Positions 1-9,823 are shown, numbered from the whole stretch's first letter. The stretch: 60,753 bases of DNA, filler included, from Bdellovibrionales bacterium RIFOXYD12_FULL_39_22 (GCA_001770205.1; 7 parts of 7 records of this genome joined end to end with filler, not necessarily neighbours in it); one strand, 5' to 3'. Notes: generated from the letters alone by a model not told the origin. Translations and numbers: made by a program.

Positions 1-71
1 GCCTGCGGTGCGTCATAAAATGCATTTTTTTTATTTTTTTTAACTTAAAATATTATCTGTGAAAGCCTTAC
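1..71 (-). mobile_element. IS terminal sequence (IS66-like GTAAG end) at contig edge
   Basis: Positions 9-71 are the exact reverse complement of 26397-26459. Both copies sit at contig ends and identity stops abruptly at GTAAGGCT. Confidence 0.7.
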
Positions 72-364
72 ACTCTACCTCTTGCTCAATTCCTTCGCCA
101 GGAGAAGCATAACTTAATTTATCTACTGCAATTGAAGTACTCGAAGTTCTGTATGTCTGATTAGGCAAAACAAAGTATGGTTCTCTATAAAAGTGTTGTG
201 TCTCCTGAAGTTCGAAATTCCAGTGATCTCCAAGATTCTTACCTCCTGCCACCGGATCTTTCAGTACTGTTTTCATGTCAAGCGATGGCCCGCCCGCCAA
301 TGAAAATTAGTTTAAAACTCCTTCAGTTAATCTGGGCTTTTTTTGTACGAGCCTACTTGTTATG

Positions 365-976
365 CTATTTGGATCTCACAGAATTTGGGTGCGGATCATT
401 AGGTTTATCATTTGGCTTGGCCTCTTTTTCCCGAATATATCTTTCTAGTTGATTCGTTGAGTTATTTAATTTATAAACTCTTCCATCTGGTGTTTGACAT
501 AAGGATTGGTCAGCGTCGTTTGGAGTGCAAAATCCGTCACCAAAACCTATTCCCATTCCGTTTCTAATGTATTGAGGGTTTCTCATTTCACTAAACCTTA
601 TTCCCATTCCAGGGTTTTGAGGGAGCCCCATTCCACCATTTTCTTTACTGAACTTTAAAAGTAACTCACCTACCCTGGTTTGATAAATTGCCAAGAGCTT
701 ATCCTTATCCTTTTGAGAGGCGTCTATATCCATTTCTATCAGTTCCTTTAAAAATTCTGTTTTGATTTCCAAAATTAATAGACTTTGTTGCGGGGTAATT
801 CCCAGATATTGAGCTTGAATGAATTCATTATTTTTATCAACAAATCCAATCGTCTGGTTGGCGTAAGGGTTTACTTGAGGATAAGGTTTGTAATTCAACG
901 CTTGATTTGGGTCTGTGGTCTCTATGGAATAAATTATATTAGAAATAAACAGTGTGATGAAAATTATTTTATTCAT
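365..976 (-). CDS. Secreted hypothetical protein
   Basis: 203-aa ORF with signal-peptide-like N-terminus (MNKIIFITLFISNIIYS) and a GGAGG RBS. Confidence 0.8.
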   Translation of the reverse strand: MNKIIFITLFISNIIYSIETTDPNQALNYKPYPQVNPYANQTIGFVDKNNEFIQAQYLGITPQQSLLILEIKTEFLKELIEMDIDASQKDKDKLLAIYQTRVGELLLKFSKENGGMGLPQNPGMGIRFSEMRNPQYIRNGMGIGFGDGFCTPNDADQSLCQTPDGRVYKLNNSTNQLERYIREKEAKPNDKPNDPHPNSVRSK

Positions 977-1000
977 ATATCCTCCGATTAGAATAAATAC

Positions 1001-1027
1001 TCATCGGAAATTTGAATAAATTACTTA
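1001..1027 (-). promoter_or_regulatory. Putative sigma28 (FliA) promoter
   Basis: TAAG-N15-TCCGATGA on the minus strand, about 25 nt upstream of the 976 start. Confidence 0.6.
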
Positions 1028-1130
1028 AATGTAAAACTTATGCTTTTTTTTCAGCTGGATATGTTTGACGACTTCTAAAAAGAGGTGAATAGGGATTAAA
1101 AATCAAAATTTTCGGCCTCAAAATTTGACA

Positions 1131-3437
1131 CTACTGCAAAAGATTTGCCATTGCTTTATTACAACTTAATTTAATAGCGCTATGTGGTCTTTCTTCTCCT
1201 ACATCTATCCCCGCGGGATGAGCTTTGGTATCATGCTCAAATAGTTCGACGACAGAGTTTTTAAAGATGCGAGGAATAGAAACATTTTTTTTATTAGAAA
1301 CTACGATTATTCCACTAGAATCTGCTAGTATCTCACCATTTTTTTTTGCAAGTTGAGAGAATTGTTCAAAACTGTTTTCTTCCACAATTTGAAAAAACTC
1401 TTCAGTCTGTGTCCGCCTTTTTAGCGCTGTAATAATTCCATCTTCGGCCAGAAAAACACCCTGTAAGGTATTAATCGCCTTTTTAATTTCAGCTTGCTGT
1501 TTTTTTAAGAGAGAGCTTTTTTGTTCAGCGCCTTCCCTCCAGTTGGTAATTATTAATATTTCATCTAAGTTGTATGCGGTTTTAATTTTTTGGATAAGAT
1601 CAATCTGGTCAGGGAGAGGTCTGTCAAAGGAAGAGAAAAAAAAGGCAGTTTTGCTTCTGGTTCCAAGATTATTAATTTCTCGTGTAGGTAATCCGCGATC
1701 AACCAATGAATCAACTCCAGCATATGCTTCACTGGTAATCTCAGTAAAAGATTTTTTTTCCTTAATTAAATCAATTACCGGCCGTTCATAAGTATCAGCA
1801 AAAGCAGTATCAGAAGGTGGCCGAACGTTTAGGGTTATATGTTGGGCCTTAGTAATCCAATCAGGATTAACAGAACCTCCCAATTCATCAATAACCGCTT
1901 GAACACTTTTTACATATCTGTCTAGTTCATCTGGGAAATCGCTAGGGGGGGTGGGGGGGGCCCATGGCCTATTGTTTGTAAAAATTTCAGTAATTTTTTT
2001 CTCACGCTCCTCTTTTTCAAAAGAAAATGCCTCAATTGATTTTCCTAAGATTTGACGAACATCAAGAATGGCCGGGACAAATCGTTTCATTCCAAAATTT
2101 ATTTTATCGTCGCTCTCTCCTTCTAATTCATAGAGAGCTTTCATTGCAATCATAAAATTATTTTTTGCCTTAATTGATAAATGAGAAATTTCTTCTGAGG
2201 AAAGTCCCAGCCTCGTTAGCCATAGATTAGTAATATGTTTTTTTAAGTTTGCATCAAAAAGTGCGAGGTATTTTGATTTGTTTTCCTTGTTATAAAATTG
2301 ATAATTTGCGGTTCCCATAAATTCTGTAAGATTTGAGATATAATTTTTCATTTGTTCTACTTGTCCATACCTTCCACCCAATTTTAACATTTTTGACATG
2401 TATGGATATTCTTTGTGATGGGCATCTAAATAACGAAAAGTTGCAAGATCAATCGTGCTGCCAAGAGTAGTCCTATTCCCTGCAGTAGGGGAGGCATGCA
2501 CTGCATGTAGATCATAATAACGAGCAGCCTCTTCTGAAATATTAGTAATAAGCTTATGCATGTAGTTTTCAAATTCAACTTCAGTTACAGTCTGTTCTTG
2601 TGGCAGACCAAGATCACGTTTGATAATATAGCTGAAAATCTCTTCAAATTTTTTAGGATCATTTGCATAGTAGCGCAAATGGGCCATTCTCATTTGCCCC
2701 CCCGCGCGAATGGTAATAGCACAATTTAATTTTTCTCTGGTATATTTATCCACTTTCGTTGTGGGGATTTCAATTACTGCTATATCTACAGTGGTATCCA
2801 ACTGATTTTTAAAATTAATGGCACTCATTTCAAAACTATGGACAGCCTCTTCCATGCTTTGCCAGCCATCTTTGTGGCCAGGATCAGTATGATTAAACCA
2901 AGCTAGAGGTGTTTGGCCAATTCCCTTTAGGACGAAATCAATATACTGGATACCTCCATCCTTATTGAGCACAACTAATTCTCCGGCCCAGGCAGCACGT
3001 CCATCACCAAGAGCTCCACCAATTATTTTTTCACCATCTTGATAATACGTGGCAAACATCTCTTGATCGAAATTTTCACCATCCATTGCAATTATTTTTG
3101 CAAATCTCTCAATTATAATTCTTTCCAGTTCGGCAGGATCATCTGGGAGTTCTAACCCAAGAGCTTTGGCCGCGGCATGATTAAAAAGAACCAATCTTGC
3201 CTCTTCTTGAGTTAAGCTTTTCATTTTAAGAGGGACATAAAATTCTTCTCCCAATTGATGAAATGAGTGATGACTTGAATCGGCTGCCCTATCCCAGTTT
3301 GGAGTATCACTGATCGCGTTAGGTGCGCGAGAGGGGGCTGACTCATAAAATTTAAAAAAAATAGGGATGGTAAGCAAAAACAAGGATAGTAGTGAAAACG
3401 GAAGATGTTTAAATTTCATTTTGCAAGCTCTACCCAT
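1131..3437 (-). CDS. SelO/YdiU-family (pseudokinase-fold AMPylase) protein with N-terminal signal/TM segment and an extra C-terminal region
   Basis: LGDGRA and LKGIGQTP motifs and FNHAAAKALGL resemble SelO. Hydrophobic N-terminus; likely start MKFKHL near 3419. Confidence 0.7.
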   Translation of the reverse strand: MGRACKMKFKHLPFSLLSLFLLTIPIFFKFYESAPSRAPNAISDTPNWDRAADSSHHSFHQLGEEFYVPLKMKSLTQEEARLVLFNHAAAKALGLELPDDPAELERIIIERFAKIIAMDGENFDQEMFATYYQDGEKIIGGALGDGRAAWAGELVVLNKDGGIQYIDFVLKGIGQTPLAWFNHTDPGHKDGWQSMEEAVHSFEMSAINFKNQLDTTVDIAVIEIPTTKVDKYTREKLNCAITIRAGGQMRMAHLRYYANDPKKFEEIFSYIIKRDLGLPQEQTVTEVEFENYMHKLITNISEEAARYYDLHAVHASPTAGNRTTLGSTIDLATFRYLDAHHKEYPYMSKMLKLGGRYGQVEQMKNYISNLTEFMGTANYQFYNKENKSKYLALFDANLKKHITNLWLTRLGLSSEEISHLSIKAKNNFMIAMKALYELEGESDDKINFGMKRFVPAILDVRQILGKSIEAFSFEKEEREKKITEIFTNNRPWAPPTPPSDFPDELDRYVKSVQAVIDELGGSVNPDWITKAQHITLNVRPPSDTAFADTYERPVIDLIKEKKSFTEITSEAYAGVDSLVDRGLPTREINNLGTRSKTAFFFSSFDRPLPDQIDLIQKIKTAYNLDEILIITNWREGAEQKSSLLKKQQAEIKKAINTLQGVFLAEDGIITALKRRTQTEEFFQIVEENSFEQFSQLAKKNGEILADSSGIIVVSNKKNVSIPRIFKNSVVELFEHDTKAHPAGIDVGEERPHSAIKLSCNKAMANLLQ

Positions 3438-3568
3438 TTATTAACAGTGCCGATTTGCATAATATGAAGTATTTAAACTTCATTTCATACATAGTGCTCT
3501 TCGGAATTTTTACCATTTTGTATAGCTATTTTTTTGGCGGTGGCGTGGGACATGGAAGATTTTGCCTG

Positions 3569-3602
3569 GCGCAAGTTTACTAAACTCATTTCAAAAAACA
3601 CA
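3569..3602 (+). repeat. 34-bp dispersed repeat containing palindrome AGTTTACTAAACT, copy 1
   Basis: 32/34 identical to 31600-31633. Confidence 0.8.
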
Positions 3603-3652
3603 CGGCCACGGGGTCCTGAGTAGTTACCATAGATAAAAGGTTGTAAACTTTT

Positions 3653-3788
3653 TGGACAGCTAGCCACATCACCCTATAAGAAATTCAATCATCTTTTTTG
3701 CCAATGATTTCGGTTACCATCGAAGTAACTTATTAACCGAACCCGGCACTCAAATGAAGAATAAACACAGAAGTTCTGGGACAATATC
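3653..3788 (+). promoter_or_regulatory. Sigma70-like promoter plus conserved structured leader, copy A
   Basis: TGGACA-N16-TATAAG, then a 55-nt core (3734-3788) that is 47/55 identical to 31024-31078 and 45/55 to 26782-26836. Confidence 0.75.
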
Positions 3789-3799
3789 GAGGATTATTT

Positions 3800-4546
3800 A
3801 TGGATAGAGTATCGTTATTTTTAGGTATTGTATTGTCTGTATTGGTCGCGCAAGCGGCAGGAAGGGTTTACGCAGCTTCTCTTGAAGGAGGAAACTACAC
3901 TCCGCTGGCCGGTGCTTCCACTTGCGACTTCCATGTCGAATCGAGTACGAAAAAACTATTTCTGACATCGATTGCAAATCAACAAACCCGTGAAAGCTGC
4001 GACGAAAATGGAAAGACTTATGAATATGAGTGCGGTTCTGATGACACCTGTACTTATAATGACGATTCTCAAGATGAACCGAAGCAGAAAAAGCTGACAA
4101 TCATTGATAGCAAAAATTTTCTTGATGGGAATACTGGTTTGAAATATGTGTTTAAAAATAGCCAGCAGGTTCTTCCCGCGCTGAAGTTTACGAGATGGGG
4201 TGTATACGGGTATCAGTCACAGCCGGCGGAAATATTCACTTCAGGGGGTGGCAATCGTTGTATGTTTCGAGTATCAGGAGAACGGATTGCCTGTAATGAT
4301 GAGACTTATGCGAGAAAAGTTTTTTGTATTCAGGCCTATTGGATTGCGGCACAGACAGCTTTGAGAGATTGCAAAAAGGAAACTGGAAAGGACTGCGTTA
4401 ATGGCGATATCTATGGCTATGAGAGAGAGCCGGACATCTATTGGTTCTCAACTTTAGGATACTACAACAAGCATTCTCAGACATATGAAGCTATAGCCAC
4501 GCTTGCTTGTAAAGCATATGTAACGGTACTTGCAGAAGAGCCATAG
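3800..4546 (+). CDS. Secreted cysteine-rich hypothetical protein
   Basis: 248-aa ORF with signal peptide (..LVAQA), GAGGA RBS and multiple Cys. Confidence 0.8.
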   Translation: MDRVSLFLGIVLSVLVAQAAGRVYAASLEGGNYTPLAGASTCDFHVESSTKKLFLTSIANQQTRESCDENGKTYEYECGSDDTCTYNDDSQDEPKQKKLTIIDSKNFLDGNTGLKYVFKNSQQVLPALKFTRWGVYGYQSQPAEIFTSGGGNRCMFRVSGERIACNDETYARKVFCIQAYWIAAQTALRDCKKETGKDCVNGDIYGYEREPDIYWFSTLGYYNKHSQTYEAIATLACKAYVTVLAEEP

Positions 4547-4665
4547 ATGGAGTTTAGGTCGAATAGAAGGGGGCTTCTCTGATGAAGATGCAACTCTATT
4601 TTCCGCCCATTAATTATTTGAAAAGTGAGCGCCATAATGGACTCAGCAAAAGGAAAGGAAAAATT

Positions 4666-5109
4666 ATGAAAATAACAATAATATTTTTTTTCACTTTAAT
4701 AATGTTAGTTTCGTCTTCTTTTGGATCTGAAAATTTCTGTAAACTGTATGTTACAAATTTTACTGACAATCGAGGATATTTTGATAGGGACGAAGGAACT
4801 CAAAAAGCAATTATTGCTTCAAGCATATTATCTTATGGAATTGATGCGGCTGTAGTTGAAAACGGTACAGAAATTCCTGAAAATTCGTTCGTAATGGATG
4901 GAGTAATTGATTATTTAGATTCTTCGTTTGGACACCTTAATCCTGGGGTTGTTACGGATGTTGTATTATCCAAAAAGACAGAGAACGGAATAATTGAAAT
5001 TGCACGAGGAACTGGAATCAATTTTTCCAGGTTTATTTTTGAAAATGCGGGAACCCTCGAGTGCCGAAATGGGCAAGTCGAAATAAGAAGCCTGTCCCTG
5101 GCGAAATGA
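4666..5109 (+). CDS. Secreted hypothetical protein
   Basis: Start MKITIIFFF follows an AAGGA RBS; signal peptide ends SSSFG. Confidence 0.75.
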   Translation: MKITIIFFFTLIMLVSSSFGSENFCKLYVTNFTDNRGYFDRDEGTQKAIIASSILSYGIDAAVVENGTEIPENSFVMDGVIDYLDSSFGHLNPGVVTDVVLSKKTENGIIEIARGTGINFSRFIFENAGTLECRNGQVEIRSLSLAK

Positions 5110-5170
5110 TCTTTTTATCACTAAAAATCATAATTTCATAGACTTGTAATGTTTAAATTTCGATATATAT

Positions 5171-5323
5171 TCCCACCTTAGCTAAACCCACATTTATTTA
5201 GTGATTTTTTTTAATTTCCGCCAAATTCTTCTTTAGCCACTAGGTAACCTTTTTCATTGGTAATTTTAATTTTTTTGCTTGGGCATTCATGTAACCAACT
5301 TCATCCTCTGTGAACGCATCTTT
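5171..5323 (-). mobile_element. Possible IS end with C-terminal tail of a transposase
   Basis: Contig-edge ORF tail (..KKLKLPMKKVT*) followed by GCTAAGGTGGG, which resembles IS termini. Single copy, so weak. Confidence 0.3.
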
Positions 5324-5423
5324 NNNNNNNNNNNNNNNNNNNNNNNNNNNNNNNNNNNNNNNNNNNNTTAATTAATTAANNNNNNNNNNNNNNNNNNNNN
5401 NNNNNNNNNNNNNNNNNNNNNNN
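5324..5423. other. Artificial contig spacer (N-TTAATTAATTAA-N); also at 12219-12318, 17545-17644, 26460-26559, 31738-31837, 42624-42723
   Basis: Identical 100-nt N-padded linker with stop codons in all frames. Confidence 0.98.
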
Positions 5424-5586
5424 GTTTTTTATCCACGTAAATATTAAATCATAATATTCATACGAGGCCAAGATCTATCTTAAGAATGAGCAGTTATTTT
5501 TTGACAGTCCCTAGGATTTTCGTTTTAGTGCAAATGATAGGGTGAGTTTTTTTTGAGAGATTGGCAAATAATGGCATCGATTGCCA

Positions 5587-5841
5587 CTATAATATTCCAA
5601 AATGCTTTTTAAAAAGTTCTTTTGATAACACAATCGCTTCTTCGCTAAGTCGAACGGTTTTGTTTTTTGATTTTGGATTGCTGATATAACCTTTTTCATG
5701 CAATCTATCCAGATGATGCCAGTCATACTCCTTCCAAGTGCTAGTACCTAAATTTTTGCCGTTGGGGAAAGTGGTCAAAAACATAAGGGCCAGCAATAGT
5801 TCATCAACCTTATCTTCGTTATATTCCATAATAAATTCCAA
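5587..5841 (-). CDS. Small winged-helix-like protein (DUF6429-like)
   Basis: TWKEYDWHHLDRLHEKGYI..KNKTVRLSEE pattern. Confidence 0.65.
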   Translation of the reverse strand: MEFIMEYNEDKVDELLLALMFLTTFPNGKNLGTSTWKEYDWHHLDRLHEKGYISNPKSKNKTVRLSEEAIVLSKELFKKHFGIL

Positions 5842-5971
5842 GTTTAGTTTTAGAAAACATATATTGGGGAAACAATTATGCCGGTATTGGAGAATAAGTT
5901 CAAACTATATTATTTCAACCAAATGAACTTTTTTCCAGTACAGGACCTTTATGTTTTATTGTCATCACAAA

Positions 5972-8392
5972 TCAACTTTCAGTTAAGATATACCCCATGT
6001 TCTTGTAGGTTTTTTGCCGGTTCCTATACATTTTCAGAGTGAGTGGTAAATTTATGTCTAAATAATCATGGATCAAAACGTCTTTTTTTTCCTCAGACTT
6101 TCTATGTAAGCGCCCTGCATACTGAACCATTCTTCCCTTGAATGACAGAGGCATTGGTAAAAATAAAGTATCTAGGCGAGGCAGATCAAAACCTTCTCCA
6201 ATTAGTGCTGATGTGGCAAATAAGCAGATTGATTCTTGCGCTAGGATTGCCAAGTCGATTTCTTCTAATATTTTGGCCCTTTTTTTCTTACCTTCTCCGC
6301 TTTCAAGTTTGAATATTTTAAATGCTCTCTCGGAATTGCAAGTCAAAAGTTTTTCTTCTAGAGTTTTTAGTTGCTCTTTACGATCAGAAATAATTAGAGA
6401 TACGCGGCCGAGGTTAATGGCCGCTAAAATATCGGAGATAATCAGATTATTTCTTTCGTCATCTTTAATCAAATATTCCCAGACAATATGAATTGGCGGT
6501 TGTGCTCCAATTTCTTCAGGAAGTTTAAAATTTGTTTTTTTGACCTTAACAATTTTTGGAATATCTATTTGTTCGCTGGTGGTGATCTCATGTCGAATCG
6601 GCCCACAGTAAAAATAAATTATTTTTTCAAGACGATCTTTTCGATATGGGGTTGCCGTTAATCCAACTAAGTATTGTGCGGGAACTCTTTTTAGAAGATC
6701 CTCAAACGTGACACATGGAATATGGTGACATTCATCCACTATAATTTGCCCATAGGAAGGTAATTCTGTGAAGTCTTGATACGAAGTTAGTGTTTGCATC
6801 ATTGCCACATCAACCGTTCCTAGTGGCCTTTTTTTACTTCCTTTGATGATGCCGATTTTTTTTGGATCTAAATTTAGAAAATTGCTCAACCTTTCTTTCC
6901 ATTGCGTTAAAAGAGTATCCTTGTTAACGATAATCAAGGTTGGTACTTTGCGGGAGGCAATCATTGCGCATGCCATGACAGTTTTTCCAGCACCCGGTGG
7001 GGCCACCAATACACCGCCCTCATGTTTTAACATCTCTTCCGTTGCGTTTTGTTGAATTGGAGTTAGCTCTCCATTGAAATTAAAATCCTGCAGTTGGGGC
7101 CTTGGCCTTTTATCATGAAGAATAACTTTGGCCTTAATTTTTTTGAACAGTTCAAGTACCATATCTTTAAGGCCAGTCGGAATTATTATGTGTGTATTCT
7201 GCAACTGCCCGGTAAAAATCAATCGGGGAGTATCGTAGGTGGACATTCTCATCCTATTTTTTCTATAAAATTCTGGATTGGAAAAAGTGGCCATCCTTTT
7301 TATTTTGGCAATAACTTTGGAAGGCATTCCTTCTAATGGAATGGTGATGTTAGAATCTATAGTTATATGAATATCGCTTGCGCATTTAAGATGCTCTTCT
7401 TTTGCTATATTAACCTCTGTTATTTTATCATCAATGATCAATTGAAAATCGTCTAATTCCTCGGCGTTTTTTTCGGCGGAAGCTTTTGTGGTCTTGGAGA
7501 GATATTTGGCGATAATCATCGTTACATCATTAAGGGAGAGCTTTTTGACGTTGGCCAAATATTCCCACGGATTTTCAAATGGAGTAAAGGTATCATCAAC
7601 AAAAACAGTTCTGCCCTTTTCTCTAGCTTGGCGCTGAAGAGGGAGCGCGATGAGATTGCCAAACCCACCTTTGGGAATAAAATCTTGATTAGGAAAAAAA
7701 CGATCATAGCTTGCAAGTTTCATCTGTGGTCGGTCTTCATTGGCCCTTGAAAGAATTAGAGTTCCTAATTGCCTTGCTTCTTTGGCAGGTATGAAATCAT
7801 TGAAAAATATCCAGGCGTGAGCGCCATTGCCAGATCTTGAAATTTCCACCGAGACTTCCACTGATAGTGCGGTTGCTGAATTTTTATATGAGATAACGTC
7901 ATCTTTCCAACCATCGCCGTCAAAATCACAGGCAAGAAAGATGCAACTATCATCATCTCTGATAGCGTAAGTTCCAATGGTGTTAGTTCCTTGGAGGTGA
8001 GATTTAATTGCCAATTCGTCTAATGGCAAGAAGGCGTGAGCAGTGCATTCTCCACATTTAATTTTAACTTTTTTCTTTTTTGGGCATATGCCATCGATCC
8101 ACTCATTTTTGCAGACAGGGGAATATCCTTTTTTATTCTGAGCTATATTTTCCCAGAGTTTGGGATAAACATCTTTGCGACAACGAAATAGGCCGAGGAA
8201 AATGTTGCGTTTTTCTTGTGACGAGTGAGAATCGACCGCTTTGTTAATGTGCAAATCATGGAGGTTGTCACATGTGCTAACATTTGCTTCAGACTTTTTG
8301 CTATGGATTTTAGAAATTTGGTCCAATATTCCTGCGCGTTCTTGATCTAACTTTTTTAGCCTATCTTGAAGATGTATTAATTCATCACTCAT
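5972..8392 (-). CDS. AEP primase-like domain (TOTE-type) fused to SF2 DEAD/DEAH helicase
   Basis: N-terminal ACDFD, SRSGNGAHAWIFF and GFGNLIALPLQ; Walker A PPGAGKT, DECHH, TATPYR, EGFDLPRL, QYAGRLHR. Confidence 0.85.
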   Translation of the reverse strand: MSDELIHLQDRLKKLDQERAGILDQISKIHSKKSEANVSTCDNLHDLHINKAVDSHSSQEKRNIFLGLFRCRKDVYPKLWENIAQNKKGYSPVCKNEWIDGICPKKKKVKIKCGECTAHAFLPLDELAIKSHLQGTNTIGTYAIRDDDSCIFLACDFDGDGWKDDVISYKNSATALSVEVSVEISRSGNGAHAWIFFNDFIPAKEARQLGTLILSRANEDRPQMKLASYDRFFPNQDFIPKGGFGNLIALPLQRQAREKGRTVFVDDTFTPFENPWEYLANVKKLSLNDVTMIIAKYLSKTTKASAEKNAEELDDFQLIIDDKITEVNIAKEEHLKCASDIHITIDSNITIPLEGMPSKVIAKIKRMATFSNPEFYRKNRMRMSTYDTPRLIFTGQLQNTHIIIPTGLKDMVLELFKKIKAKVILHDKRPRPQLQDFNFNGELTPIQQNATEEMLKHEGGVLVAPPGAGKTVMACAMIASRKVPTLIIVNKDTLLTQWKERLSNFLNLDPKKIGIIKGSKKRPLGTVDVAMMQTLTSYQDFTELPSYGQIIVDECHHIPCVTFEDLLKRVPAQYLVGLTATPYRKDRLEKIIYFYCGPIRHEITTSEQIDIPKIVKVKKTNFKLPEEIGAQPPIHIVWEYLIKDDERNNLIISDILAAINLGRVSLIISDRKEQLKTLEEKLLTCNSERAFKIFKLESGEGKKKRAKILEEIDLAILAQESICLFATSALIGEGFDLPRLDTLFLPMPLSFKGRMVQYAGRLHRKSEEKKDVLIHDYLDINLPLTLKMYRNRQKTYKNMGYILTES

Positions 8393-8691
8393 ATCAGTAC
8401 TTGCTTCACCATGTTTGGTGGTTAATTAAAATTGTCAGCTAAACCTGTTGCTACTATGCCTATTATAGTATTTTCTTTTTTTCGCTTATGCAATAAGCGG
8501 GTGTAGTCGTGCAACTGGGGATCAGTTTATTGCTGCACTAAGAAAACTGGCTGCAGCGCAGGATTTAAGTACTATGTTTTGTGTCGATGGCAATTCTTTG
8601 ATTTTATCTGGAACGTGATGACAGAGTTGCGCGTCACCAAAATACAGCAAAATGGTGACAAGAGGTGACCTAATATCATTGAAAAGGATTA

Positions 8692-9210
8692 CTATTTTTT
8701 ATTTCTTCCATTAACCTGTAAATCTATTTTTGAAATTTGTTTGTTGAATTTCTCGGCCGATGGGACAAAGTCAATTTTACTATCAAGTTGAGGGTAACAA
8801 CAACTGAACACTGTTTTTCCTTTTTCTATCGTTAGAGCAAAGTCTCCTCTTGAGATAATATCCATGCCGATTAAGATATCTACTGTTTGCCCAATGTCAC
8901 CACCGCTTATTTCCAAGGTGCTGGCCTTTACGTTGTATGGAAGGATTAGATCGACGATATATGTATCGACGAGTTGGATGCCATGAACTCCCTGAATACG
9001 GCCGGCATTTATTTTTTTTAGTCCAAGTTTATCAATCAGATTTTTGTTAATCATTGAGCCAGTAGCACCAGTATCCCATAGCGCCCTTAATTCACCAATT
9101 ACGATTGGTGGATTGGCAAGAGGGTTGATAACTTGTACTGGGGTTTTTATTTCCCGCGTTATACCATTAAATAAAACAGTAAACGCACGTTTTGGAGGAG
9201 GAAGTTTCAT
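8692..9210 (-). CDS. Retropepsin-like (clan AA) aspartic protease
   Basis: ALWDTGAT and LIGMDII motifs. Confidence 0.85.
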   Translation of the reverse strand: MKLPPPKRAFTVLFNGITREIKTPVQVINPLANPPIVIGELRALWDTGATGSMINKNLIDKLGLKKINAGRIQGVHGIQLVDTYIVDLILPYNVKASTLEISGGDIGQTVDILIGMDIISRGDFALTIEKGKTVFSCCYPQLDSKIDFVPSAEKFNKQISKIDLQVNGRNKK

Positions 9211-9213
9211 TAT

Positions 9214-9447
9214 TTAACATGCCACGCGTGAGTGAAAAATTATTATATCGTCGCCTTCAGTAACTTCTCTAACCATGAAAGTGCCAAGTTCATGAGACTT
9301 TACCGCTTGCTTAATGGCATCTAATTTATCATCAGATATGGCAATTATGCTGGTACCTTTTATGGCCAAAAATTGGCCTTTATATTTCTGAAGAAATTCT
9401 TCTTTTTTTGATATGTAATACTCATATTCAGCTTTTAGTCCACACAT
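9214..9447 (-). CDS. Small partner of retropepsin (DUF5678-like)
   Basis: EFLQKYKGQFLAIKG pattern; lies directly upstream of the protease. Confidence 0.7.
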   Translation of the reverse strand: MCGLKAEYEYYISKKEEFLQKYKGQFLAIKGTSIIAISDDKLDAIKQAVKSHELGTFMVREVTEGDDIIIFHSRVAC

Positions 9448-9634
9448 AGAATCCTCCTAAGCGATCTGGCCAGTATTTTACATTTGTTATGAGGCAAAAA
9501 CAAGAGCAGTTTTGCTTCATATCGCCCTATTCTTGAACCAATATTAAGAGGCCAATGGTAGAATTCCTGTATAGTTGGTTAATCTGGATAAATTTATTTT
9601 ATGACAACTCGCAACGAGCGTAGGGCATTTTCGG

Positions 9635-9780
9635 CAAAAATAGACAAAAACCAAATACATGTGGGCGAAAAAAAAATGGATCGCTCCTTTTTGGTAAAGT
9701 ACTCTTTAAGATTAGTATTTTTTACTCGTTTGTCATTGTTAATTTTTGTGCAGATTATTTTATAATTTTTCATTTTAGGG
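9635..9780 (+). repeat. Diverged ~145-bp direct repeat, copy 1 (att-arm-like region)
   Basis: Aligns with 11266-11408 (CAAAAATAGRCAAAAACCAAATACA ... GCAGA..ATTTTATAATTTTTC). Confidence 0.7.
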
Positions 9781-9823
9781 ACTACGCTTTTTTTGACACT
9801 TATGTTGACAAGTGTGATCAAAA

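Noticed and set aside
3734..3788. Leader element as a c-di-GMP-I, fluoride or other known riboswitch, or as attC
   Set aside because: It lacks the consensus features I remember for those classes and has no complementary RYYYAAC/GTTRRRY boxes. An Rfam search is needed to be sure.
5324..5423. TTAATTAATTAA palindrome recurring six times within N runs
   Set aside because: Artificial concatenation linker, not biological; ORFs crossing it are artefacts.
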